From: Lingula anatina
Lineage: Eukaryota; Animalia; Brachiopoda
DNA: 64,000 nt
Direction of reading: 5' to 3'
NCBI GenBank assembly: GCA_051362555.1
Contig: CM120641.1
Span: 17,298,001-17,362,000, forward strand
Position 1 is the first letter of the stretch, and each line of letters starts with the position of its first letter. The notes beneath the pieces are model-generated. The model saw only the letters and a list, made by a program, of their open reading frames with translations. It did no database searches and was not told the DNA's origin. Position numbers and translations under genes: made by a program. Positions 45,501-57,506 of the stretch are shown here, one piece after another.

Positions 45501-48500
45501 TACAGCACCCCCCTTGATGTGAGTAGGGAGAAGACTAACTGCACTCACTGGAACACTAAGCCACTCTCTCCATTCACTACCAAGTCCACCTGAGCTCTCA
45601 GGTAAACATTACTGGGCCATAAAATATGTAGGAATCATACCAACACGACCTTAATGTGTTCTTCATTCTGGCTGAGTGCAAACAATACATCGCCTTAACA
45701 TGGTGTCACAAGGTGAACCCAGTTACAGATTATAACTACTTAACAGTATTATGGATTAATGTTTTTTTATATCCTGTATTGAAAACACAAAGGGAAGTTA
45801 ATGTTCATATGGAATCACATCAGATAGTACCATTGTATTACACTACCACATGTATTTATAACCTTGTTTGCATTCTCTCTTTTTTTTTTTTTTTTTGGTG
45901 GAAAAAATAACTTACTCTGCAAGAGGTAAAACAAATCAGATCAGTGATGGCATGTTAATATGCAGCAGAATTTCATCCTTCATGGTAATGATTCTAGGCC
46001 TATACCAGAAAGTAAATACTCCATAAAATGATTTATTTTGGCTAAACAAAACATGCTTAACTCATTTTCAGCAAGTCTTCATGGATTTGGAGAAGACTGT
46101 AGCATCGCTAAAACAGCATTACCTTTTTCCACCAGTGTAGCTAACTATAAGCAGTAAGCTAGAACCTGGCTGTGAAAATCAGAGGTTGTTTCAGTACACA
46201 AGATGAAGTGTCACTATCTCAATCAACATCCACGGAGATCTCTGTCAAACTGACAGCTTTCTTCCTCCATTCCCTTTATCTCCAATTGTCACCAAGAAAG
46301 CTCCTAAGATCTAGGTTTCCTTCAGCTAATAATAAGCGTGACCATCTCTTCCCCAGTGCATTGCCCTGTGGCTCCAGCAGATAGCTTCCTCATCACAATG
46401 AAATACTAGCTCCTCAAAAGTGATGTGTTTTTTGCGAAAGTAACACTTATCTCCTTCTCACATGCTCTGTCCTGTGCAAAGTTTCGTTTTTTGTTTCAGC
46501 ATTTTTGAGGTTTATGTGGCAGGGTTCTGGATCCCGGGGAGCAGAGATAAGACATCCATTGGTGAACCTGGCCAAAGAGCATGACTAGCAGGCAAGATGG
46601 CCATATTTTTTTCTCTGATAATATTTACATTCCCACCCTTCCACACACAGCGATAGCAGCAGAAGGGTATGATAATCTCCAATGCACATTGCTATGGGTG
46701 GTGACTGATAAGACGGGTGCAGAAACCATATGTATTGTCCAAACTATCTGTTTTCACTTGGGAAGGCATACTGCTTACAGGAGAGGAGCAAACCAGTGCT
46801 TTATCCCCTTCGACCACATACTATCTCACCTTTCAATGCTAACACCACCATCCTCCCAATCTGGACCTGGGGATTTTCTGGCAGGAATCAACACTCTGTT
46901 TAATCATTCTGACATTTTGTCTGACTTTCTTCTTTTCAGCAGAGGCAGAACTTGTATTAACCTGAGAGCTATCTTTAGAAGCAAAGAGCAAGCATGAACT
47001 TTGTAGGATATTATACCAAGTCATAGGAACTTCTGCATTCTTCATTATTCAGTCATATCCTATCTACTTGTTCCTCATTCTTTTAACCATCACTTTTAAA
47101 ATTTAAATGTTGAATGAACATCAATATGGGGAAATCTCAAACTTTTTCCATTTATCCTGTAGTACTTATTGAAAACAACACACTAATACTGTCCTATTTC
47201 AAGTATTCAACACTTTTCCCAGCATAACTTATGCTTACCTACAAAAATATTATTTTAAAAATAGATTTGGTTTCAGAAAAGTACCTTATCATTATCAGTT
47301 TGGCAAGAAAATATATATATTATATCTGACTTTTATAAAAGTATATGCCTGAATGTTACAAATTCTGATTAATTTGTCAGTCCATCTTTTCCTACCCCCA
47401 GCAAATTTTCAATTTTATATCCAATTTATATCCAAGTAATATATTACCAAAAGGGGGAGGGAGAGGAAATTTTTTTAATAAATTGGATGATGATGATGAT
47501 TGCCTTTATCAGTGAAAGACAGAGAGATTAATTTCAATTTCCTCTTTTTATTTGATGACATTCATTCAACTTAGACCCCAATCTCTACATGCTCAGCTAT
47601 ACTGATTACCAGGACATGCATCCATTTTCCCCTTTGATAAGTGTTGCCCAATGATAAAGTATTTGGTAGAATGCATGTGACCCAGACATTTAATTGTGTA
47701 ATCAAATTGTCTTCTTCCTGCAGTCTAAAAAAAGCTGCAGTTTGAGGTCCTAGATGCAGCTTGAAACCATTTCCAGTGAATATGACTGGTAGTGTGTTGG
47801 ACAGGGAGTGGGATATACACATGCATCTAAATGACAATAAAAAAAACTTTCCTGGCCATTACTTTCCATCTACAGCAGTGATAATAAATTCCAACATTCC
47901 AGCTGAAATTCTCATTTTTTTTCATTCAGGTGAGCACAGATTCCGCAAACTAATAATCAAGCTAGCCATCACCCAGAAAACCCATTACTAACCAAACTAG
48001 TGTGTGTGTGTGTGTTTGTGTGTTATGTGTTTATGCGTCAAGCATGCGTGCATTTGTGCGTACCTGCATATATGTGTATGAAATCATCACCATTATCTGT
48101 CAGCTAGTTAACCAAGAATTTTGGGGCACATTCACAGGTGCATTTGTGGGTTTGAGTCATGTGTTCAGAGGCAGATTCCAGTATCTCCCCCACCACACCT
48201 CCTGCAAGGAATATTCTGATATCCAGGAATTTGTTTCACCTCAGGTCTGAATCAGAATCCCTTCATGTACATAAAGCATGAGCTAATATAATAAATAAAC
48301 CATTTCTGAAGCTCTGATCTCCAGTCTCCCTTGTGTGTGTATGTGTGCCTTCTTACCATGTGTACCTCTGCTATACATTCACATACTGTACAGCTTCAAG
48401 ATAAAGATCAATACAGTTCACTACAAGTGATGAACAATTCTTTGCCAGATCGGCATGAAATCTTAATCTAATCTCCCATTGTTAAAACAATAAATAATGG

Positions 48501-50481
48501 CCTTATGTCCTAATGAACAACTTAGTAATCTGTGATACTTTTGCTAATGTTATGTCACATTAGCATATATATATGGCTATCCAAATTTAACATATAAACC
48601 ACAGCTGCCACTGCAAAGAAATATTGTAGAAGTAAAATCAAACTGGATTATCTTGTACAATATTATTCTCAAAAGTTACAATCTTAACATTCAGTAGATA
48701 AATGTAATGTATATACACATGTAAGTGACCATAAGTTTAATCATATGATACAGCTTATATCATAGTTATATCTCTTTTATGCAATTCTGAAATTAATGAA
48801 GCCACCACATACACTGAGCTAAAATAAAATCCAAGAAATGTTGGTGAAAGAGAGGCTTGTTCTTTCCTCATCAAAATGGCCATTTTTGTAAATAAATACA
48901 ACTACACAGTCAGATACTAGGAAGATTCTGATAAATGAACTGTTTTATATCCTCATTCAAACCAAACTATCAATTTTAAACCAACATGCTCCAAGGAAGT
49001 ACATAGGCCTAATGTATGTAATCACATATGGACCAATCTTCTGCAAAGTATACAACATTCCTTTTAAAAGACACAAAGAAGGAAGTTTTGATTCAACATT
49101 ACTGAAGACAATGATGATGAAATAACCATTTAAACGCACATTTGGTACACAGAAGCAACAAAACACCGAGAAAATTTTACTAGATGGGAGATCACTGGTT
49201 ATCACAGAGTATTAAATGCTTTATTATTGATACCAATGTCTGATTCACACTTTCTTAAGATATTGCTAAGGATTGAAACAAGTCTGTTCAGTGACTTGAG
49301 GCAATATAATATAGACTGATTTTCTTTAACACAAAATTATTCTGCTGATGCCTATGGCTTTACTCTTTAATGCTAGCATACAGTTTGGCCATAAATTGCT
49401 TGGAAATAATGGAGATGACATAAGAAAGAATGTTGCTACTGCGCAAGTAGGTAAAATGCAATTAACATCACCAATATCTACATTGAGGTCATAACAATAG
49501 ATTTTGCTTTCAAGAGCTGAACCCAAGTGCCTGGGAGAGAGAGCATGCTGGACTCTGTTTATGTATACAGTGCTCTGTGCCATGCTGAGGTGGTAAAGAC
49601 CAGTCTGTTAAAATGTTTGAGCCAGACATTCAATTATATGGAGTCTAGTCTGGAACTTTTTTTGCCACTTCCTGAAACTGCTGGCTTGTCTTGAAGGTAT
49701 GAGTTTTTCTTGTTGTAGCACAGATCTTTTTCTGATATGTAGTTAAATCAAAGCTATCAAACTGCCATGGGGAAATTTAAAGAGATTTGCTGAAAGATTA
49801 TATCTACAAAAATCTACCACAAAAGTGATACATGACAGCATGTCCTAACCAGAAAATTAATCAGCTATCATTTTAACATACGTTCACCCAGGTTTCACAT
49901 TAGAATTTTTTTAATTGGTGGTCATTTTTCATAACACTGTAGTCCTTGAAGAGTAATAATAACACCAACAGAAATTTTGTCATCATTTTGATCACAAGTC
50001 TGCAGCAATTTAAACTAGAAGCATTTGGGCAGCCAGTCAGGAGACTCAGAAATGCTAGTCTCTATCATATGAATTACTGTAAGACAAAAACGTTATTCCC
50101 ATTGTGCTATTCCCCATTGGTTTCACACAGACATTCTTTTTGATGTCCCACCCCCTCTATGTCAAACTCGCTTTTTTTCAGGATTTTTACCAAGATTAAT
50201 CATTAATTCATTCTCTAGCAAAGAAACTTGCAAGGCTTCTGATTTAAGCAAATATACCCAACTCTAAAAAGTATTGCATGATTCATTTTATTGCATTTAT
50301 ATTCAGTCTGCCATGATTTTTAAAATTCTTAATATGAATTCTGTACTGGTATATAGAGGCCAGGCTGAATAAGATCAGGAAATGAGTAAATGCTTATAAA
50401 ACAATCACAATCACAAAACGGCTCAAAACTTGTTGACAAAATACTTTTGAAAAAAAAAAAAACATTATCACTTCCTGGTAA

Positions 50482-50568
50482 ACTTTGTCATGTTCCATTG
50501 GAAGATAACTTCATGACTTGTGGTAAATGTTGAAATCAGATTCTTTCTTTTAATTCACTATTTCTTTT

Positions 50569-50613
<45 letters not shown>

Positions 50614-50825
50614 GATGACTAGTAAATTCAATTTTTCTTTCATTTTGTCTTTTTATCTGGTACACTTTGTCATGTTCCATCGGAAGATAACCTCATGACT
50701 TGTGGTAAATGATGAAATCAGACTATTTCTTTTAATTCACTTTTTCTTTTAATTTTCTTTCCTTATTTCTTTTTTTTTTAGGATGACTAGTAAATTCAAT
50801 TTTTCTTTCATTTTTATCTTTATTT
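50482..50825. repeat. Diverged tandem duplication, offset 182 bp; first copy has a ~40-nt poly(T)
   Basis: actttgtcatgttccat...aggatgactagtaaattcaatttttctttcatttt begins at both 50482 and 50664. Confidence 0.9.
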
Positions 50826-51897
50826 TTTACCCCCACCGCCATCTCTACAATAAGCATGTTACCATGTCCTCATGATCAGTTATATAGACATTTTGCTTAA
50901 ATACATACATACCAAGATCTTGCCAGAAGATATTTGCAAAGAAAAGCTTGTGTGAGAAGTTGTTACTATTATTAATGTCAAACAACAAATAAATTTAAGA
51001 TAAATTATATGGTATTGGCCACTCTATCTAAATTTGTCTACAATGATTTATAACTTTTTAAGTAATAAGAGAAGCATTTTTTTTATTCCAGAGTAAAATT
51101 TCAAGCACTGTATTTCTATTTGAAAAAAAACTTTATATAAATAAATGAAGAGCTTTGTTGTTTAGATTAGAATAACAAGTCACATTTATTCCTGCCTCTG
51201 CACATACTTCACCAACTGTAAACATAAATCCAGTGACTTGAACAATATACATCATATTTCTAAATTAAGGAACAACCCAATTCTTATCTAATGTAAACCA
51301 ATGATTAACTATCTCGATTCTCCATGCCCTCTTATATCAGCAAAAACCGACCTTCGTTTCTCAATCAAAATAAAAATATGCCAAAAAATATCAACTCGGA
51401 GTTGATAACAGTGGTATGATATATGGCATTTGTCAGTTTGATTTTAGTATGCAGTTTACAGCAGCCTAATGTAAACCCTTCACTAAAAGCCCTAAAGCAG
51501 TGCTGACCATAGCCTTTGGGACTGCTTAGGTAAATCACGCTCCGCACACACACTAGACTCCAGTCAATGTTGATTCACAATAAATTGATTTTTGGCAAGC
51601 CACAGTATTTATAACGAATGCCAGATTTCAGAAAGCTTTTAAAATGCACGGACGTTCTTTTTATATTCACAGCTGAAGAAATATAGACTGTAAAACATAC
51701 AAACATTCACACACACACACTGACTCAACCTGTGCGGAAATGAATCTACCGTTCAAGCAACTGTGTTTGGAATGGGAAGAACCACACATGCTTCAAGATT
51801 AGACACGTTCTCCCTCGACAGGCATTTCTAATGACTTACAGTCGCTGCAAGAGGAGATAATAGTGTAATAAGTTATTTCTTGCAATATTTTACTTAC

Positions 51898-52030
51898 CAA
51901 TGACAAGACAGCTATATTTTTCTTAGATTTATACTGGTGCCCGTGGCACACCCTCGTTCAGTGCTCTAGCAATATGGCGGAGGTTGCACCGGAAGTTTAC
52001 AATTTGCGGATGCCGCCAGAGGCGCAACAG
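51898..52030 (-). promoter_or_regulatory. Probable talin promoter and non-coding first exon
   Basis: Cluster of housekeeping-promoter motifs: YY1-like aatatggcgg (51971), ETS ccggaagt (51989) and CTCF-like gccgccagaggcgc (52012). Minus-strand consensus donors TTG|gtaagt (51897) and ACT|gtaagt (51839). It lies near the boundary between CpG-poor and CpG-rich DNA. Confidence 0.5.
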
Positions 52031-52756
52031 TCTTCCAAGAAGCGACACAAGCGACATTCATGTGCTGGTATTACACGTACCTATTTGGGTTTAGAATATT
52101 GATCTGATGACCTGAGCCCCAACTTTATTAACTTTATGCTGTGCATTTCACACCAACTCAAAAAAGTAAAAAGTATTATTTTTCTAAGAATCAGTATGCA
52201 ACGTTCTGTTCTTAATGCATTGACGTGAGATGAAATGGGCTACAAACCCTGCTACAGACCTTAATACACAAACTATACCTATACATAAACACTGATATAA
52301 CTATGTAACGTTACACGTATAACACACATGTGGAGAGAGGAAGAGGGGGCAGGAGCTGGGGGAAGAAGGAGGGTTATTAGCGAAAAGGCGCATCAGTCAT
52401 TACTCGCTAAAACATACATGCATTGCATCTCTCTCTCAATTTTGACTCTTTGGTTAAAGAGCCCATGCATGTTTATTTTTTCGACGAGTTGCATCATGAG
52501 ACCAGCGTTTAAGTAGGACAAATTTAATAAATCGGTTAACGAGCGTGATCCAGCCTAATTTTGAGTTATTGGCTTTTATTTACCGAATCCTTTTTTTTTT
52601 TCCTAACAGAAAATGCATTGGATATAGGTACACTGTATCTTAAGTTGGGAAAACTTGTTTTTCTACATAGGCTACATTTTAAAATTACCAACACTGTAAT
52701 GAAGGAAAGAAATCCACCTTAAAACTTAGCTGCTATGCTCGTTAAACATCATATTT

Positions 52757-52991
52757 CATGGGCGGATCCAGGATTATTTGACGGGAGGGGGGGGGGACGA
52801 GAGGCCTCGGATGCGAAGCCGACCATCATTTGGTGTTTTGGAGAGCAAACATTACCCTTTGGTACGGTTTAGAACTATGATTTAGCTAGTCAAAATTCTC
52901 ATTTTAAGAGGGGAATATTGGTGTCATATTTTTTAGAAACCGAAGGGGGGGGGTCAGGACCCCCCTGACCCCCCCTCTAAATCCGCCACTG
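52757..52991. mobile_element. 235-bp MITE (hAT-like CA..GGCGGAT / ATCCGCC..TG ends)
   Basis: catgggcggat at 52757 and atccgccactg ending at 52991; internal G/C runs and a subterminal hairpin gggggggtcagg-accc-cctgaccccccc; tattt directly flanks both ends (5-bp repeat). Confidence 0.65.
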
Positions 52992-53296
52992 TATTTAAAT
53001 AATGATGATTAGATTTCTGCTACTCACCCTGTATTTATAGAGTCACTTCTCATTAAACAAGTTATCAATTTTGAATGTCCTAATCGCAATTTGGTGGGAA
53101 CAGGTTAATTACTCACCAGGCACTGGTAGGTGCAGTCAGTAACACATTCATCTTAACTAACACAATACTGCCCACAACCTCAGCGATGTGACTGAGCTTC
53201 ACAATCTACAACACTCAACTAACTCAATGATAGACAGAGCCCCAAATAAAGAATTTCCGTTATACTCAATTCATGCTGTGGAGGCCTTTATGTAAG

Positions 53297-53325
53297 CAGG
53301 GAATTATATCGGATATAATTCCCTG
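53297..53325. mobile_element. 29-bp perfect palindrome between 7-bp direct repeats; likely transposon excision footprint
   Basis: atgtaag [cagggaattatatc g gatataattccctg] atgtaag. Confidence 0.75.
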
Positions 53326-53440
53326 ATGTAAGTAACTCTTATTTGGCACTTAACAGCAGTGATTGAAAAATTAAAACTATAGGCCCTACAGTGCATGGCG
53401 CAATGCATTTAAGCAGTTTTTAAGTACATAAACTGCTGCC

Positions 53441-53443
<3 letters not shown>

Positions 53444-53527
<84 letters not shown>
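53444..53527. repeat. Compound (CT)n(GT)n microsatellite
   Basis: ~21 CT units followed directly by ~21 GT units. Confidence 0.95.
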
Positions 53528-53528
<1 letters not shown>

Positions 53529-54155
53529 ACAAAAAGTGTGTATATAATTGTATTTCCAGGACACAAAAAAAGACAGAGATTCTAATAAGAGAAGGAAAGA
53601 AAAGTACGTTAGTGTATATCTGGGACTGAGACATCAAGATTCTTGATAACAACATCTACCAGTTTACGTCTAGAGATGGTCTTTTCTTTAAAGTAAATTA
53701 CACTATTGCACAAAACTGTTTTTGCCTCTGTGCCTATTTTGAAGACTGAAGTTCTTAGTGGTTTGGTGAGTTTCTGGCGCTTTAGATTTTAAAGATACGA
53801 CCAAAAGCCGAATTAAATAATGATTGCTAGGTTTTTGTGTATATAAAAATGAAAAATATCGAATTTATGTGAGAGGACATTTTTAAAGTAAAAAATCCTA
53901 AAAGGTAGCTGAATTCCCATTTATAAAACCCTAGACACGTTCCTTGGATATAAAGCAAGAGTTTTTGTGATGAATCAAATACTGTAATTCAGCAAAATAG
54001 TAAACTGAACGTCTTAATTTTTTGCATTAGATGCAAGTCAAGTGGTATGTACAGGTAAATCATGTAAGAAAAGTCTCAATATGTAGACGTATGCGTGTTG
54101 CGACCGGAAAAAGTTCTATATACAACTTAACACTTCCATTCTGAAATATCCGTGA

Positions 54156-54166
54156 TTTATTTTATT
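54156..54166 (-). terminator. Candidate ChAT polyadenylation signal (overlapping AATAAA x2)
   Basis: tttattttatt on + reads AATAAAATAAA on -, ~700 nt after the stop. Other candidates exist in this AT-rich DNA. Confidence 0.3.
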
Positions 54167-54861
54167 GCATGCCAATAAATGTTTAATAATTATTCAACCA
54201 CATGATGAATGCACAGTAACACCAACCGCTAGCGGTATATCATTTTATAACAAGGAAAATATTTCCCATATTCATATCTATACAGAACAATTTGTATATC
54301 ACTAGTCTCTCTCTCTCTCTCTCTCTCAAGAAACATAACACGGTGCTCAAAAATATTATGCAGTAACGTATCATTTGTTTACACAAAAGATAAACACGAA
54401 ATGCATATTTAATATGCATGCAAGGTTATTTATATACGTTCCATGGATACATAATTTTTATCATCATTATCATAAATATGTTTTCAAAACACACCAAACA
54501 TTTCTTCACCTAAAGGCTTCTGTACAATATTGCAGAGGTCTCACCTAGGTGTATTTAAACTTGGCACTTTGGAGTGATCTGTTTCTAACACAGTATATAC
54601 AAGTAGCACTAGACCTAAGCGTCAAAATTCTACGTTACGCTACTACTGTAACCCTGTGCGATAAAACAAACAGTCATATTCTCTTCAGTAATATTTTCTA
54701 CGTTTAATAAGGTGTCCTATCTGGTTTGCACATCCAAAACACCACATTAATATTGCTACTTTAACACCATAACATTTGGCATTTTGCAACAGCTCGTTTT
54801 ACTGTCATACTTGTAGCCTTATATTTTACGCAATTACGTCTGTTCCTTGAGTTAATCATAT

Positions 54862-57473
54862 TCATATCCCATTTTGTGGAGGCGACTCAGAACACGCTTC
54901 CTTCTGACGTACAAGCCTCGACTTCTGCGAGGACATCGGTTTCTCAACACCGTTTGAGCCATTTTTTATTTCCACTGGCACTGTCTGGGTAGGGTTAAGT
55001 CTCATACAGAGCTCGTACATTTCATTAAAACACCCTTCCAGCGTATAACCGAATAAATCGGAGCTCGTCTTTTCGCTGTCCTTGAGGGACGTGATGGCGA
55101 CAAGGATGTAGTCTGGGTGAGGGTTGTAGGCGCAGCCATAGCCGTCTGGGACCACAGGGCCGTAGCACATGAAGGCATCCATACTTGTGGGAACCTGAAG
55201 AAACGATGTAATTTTAGATTGGTATGTGTGGTTTAACGGCTGGTTATGTCCAAAGGTTGGCCACCGGTCATTTGTTAACACAGTTCTGAAGATCAGAAAT
55301 AACTGACCAAAAAATTAAGCATTTGATTTTGTGCAGAACAATTTTGAGGTCGTGGACATTACATTATGCAAATGGCGTTTTTACAGGTGAAATAATTTGA
55401 TTGGCAACGGTGTCGATCATATCTTATTAACTGTTTCTATACTATTGTGTATGCGCTCCAGGAATGAACCGGGATTTTTTAGTAACGTGAACATTTCTTG
55501 CGGTCATAGATTGTAAGTAAATAAAATGTCATGTCAACATTAATTGCTCAACTGCAGTTTGCATAAAAGTATATGTACTCCAGTAGCCTACTGATCTTTG
55601 AATTGAATTACGGTACGAAATTAACCCGGTGGAATGATTTATTACTGTTTTTACACTACTACAAGTGAATCTTCGTTTGTCTGATATCTATTTGGCTGGA
55701 GTGTCTCCATTTCAAATAATTCTCGCCAAACTTTTCGATTGTCTTACCTGGCTGGTGGAGAGGGGGAACTGATTGGCAATCGTGTAGGTCTCATCGGTAA
55801 AAAGTTCGTGGAGTGGACGCTCCAACTCCAACGCCAGTTCCTTCAGGCCCAGTAGATGGCAGTCTATGCCGTGACCCAAGATTGTCTTGAAGGGAAAAAA
55901 TAATAAAATTCTTAATGCTAACACCATGTGTCTTAAGACAATTCTAGTTGTTTCTTTTGCAATAGTGTATTTGTTATATTTGAGATAGTGTACAATAAAA
56001 AGGGCCTACTTATGTTCACTGCCACACGGTTCCATTTTTTAAACCACAGTTCATGGTCTTAAAATGTCTTTTCATTTCATTCATCTGTATTTGACAAAAG
56101 GATGAACATTTATTGAAATAATAAGTCTTAACATCATAATGTATATATAAAGACGAACCTGTATCATAAATTCTTGTTGCGACTCTAAAGCCTCTCGGAA
56201 TAGTGTCATTTTTTCTTCGTCCTATAAATAAGATGATTCTTTTTGTTTAAAATCCAACAATATAGATCTATTAAAACAAAAGGGGTTGACCTTAGACAGA
56301 TATTATGCATACCGATTTTTACGAGTATTATATAGGAAATATATATCTGTACCAAGGTATCCAACGTTGACCGTATCCTGATTTACTTTCCTTTCTTACT
56401 TTATAAGATTTATGAAATAATCAGTTTACACTTAAAGGGATAACAACTCTTCGTACGAGATCTATATTTTACAGTAAAAAAATTGTAAACAACTCATAGA
56501 AGTATAATATATATATTCTATTTTACCACAAAAACAGCAAGTTAAAGCAATAATTTTGAAATCTGTGTTGCCATCGGACCATGTGACCTCCACAGATGGT
56601 TATACTCTGTAATAATCTCTTAAGAGAGTATTAGAAAAAACAATCTTTTTAGAAAAAAACATGGACTAACTTTGAATGTAGAAATGGATTCATTAACTTT
56701 TGGTGAGCATGGGAAAATTGTTGTTTACACCAGGAAAATTCATTTTTTGACCAAAATGAACAGTTGTTATCCCTTTAATATACATGTAAGTTAAAAAGGG
56801 CCTAGATAGTCACTGCGCTTAGCAACTAACCAAAGGTGGAGCCTCCCCTATCGTAGCCATAACCCAGGCCCTGGGACTGAAACGAAGGCAACCCCTTACT
56901 TTTCTCCCTTCTCTCCCTCCTCTCCCGTTAAAGAGAAAACCACGTTCACGGTGTTCTACATACCGTGGCTGTTACCTCCCCCGTCATAGTCTTTACCCAG
57001 GCCAGCGCCTGGACAGAATTGGCCCTGATGTTATCCACCCTTCCTTCACGGAAGCGGCGCGTGGAAGCACTCTCGTACGTAGACACCAGCCGACCGTGGA
57101 CTCTGTAAAATGGAGAATAATGAAAAGATGCACGAATAAATAAATGATCTGAATTAATGTTCAAAGTAAATAAATTAACGAATTGATAGACAGAAAAGAA
57201 AATAAAGGTTTCACTGGATACCCATTTATGCAATTGTATTTTGTAATTTGTTTGTAATTATATCTTATGCACGAACGATTCTAATCAAAGTCTTTGTATT
57301 AAGGACAAATTAAGTAACACTTAAAAAAGAAAAAAAAATTAAATCTTACTTGTACTGTGTTAACTGGAGGGCTAGTTGAATGAATGAATCTGGGCTCATC
57401 TTTTGACTTTTGGGGAAATCTCGACCAAACTTTTCATATCGTAGCACAAATAAATCGAGATTTGATATGATTC

Positions 57474-57506
<33 letters not shown>

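Noticed and set aside
44900-47050. Moderately GC-rich stretch with short ORFs (46581-46997, HLGRHTAYRR reminiscent of an integrase zinc-binding region)
   Set aside because: No RT, RNase H, DDE or complete HHCC motif could be assembled. It may be a decayed element but cannot be supported without a Dfam or tblastn search.
53386-53655. 89-aa ORF with HT/ER repeats
   Set aside because: It is a translation of the compound microsatellite.
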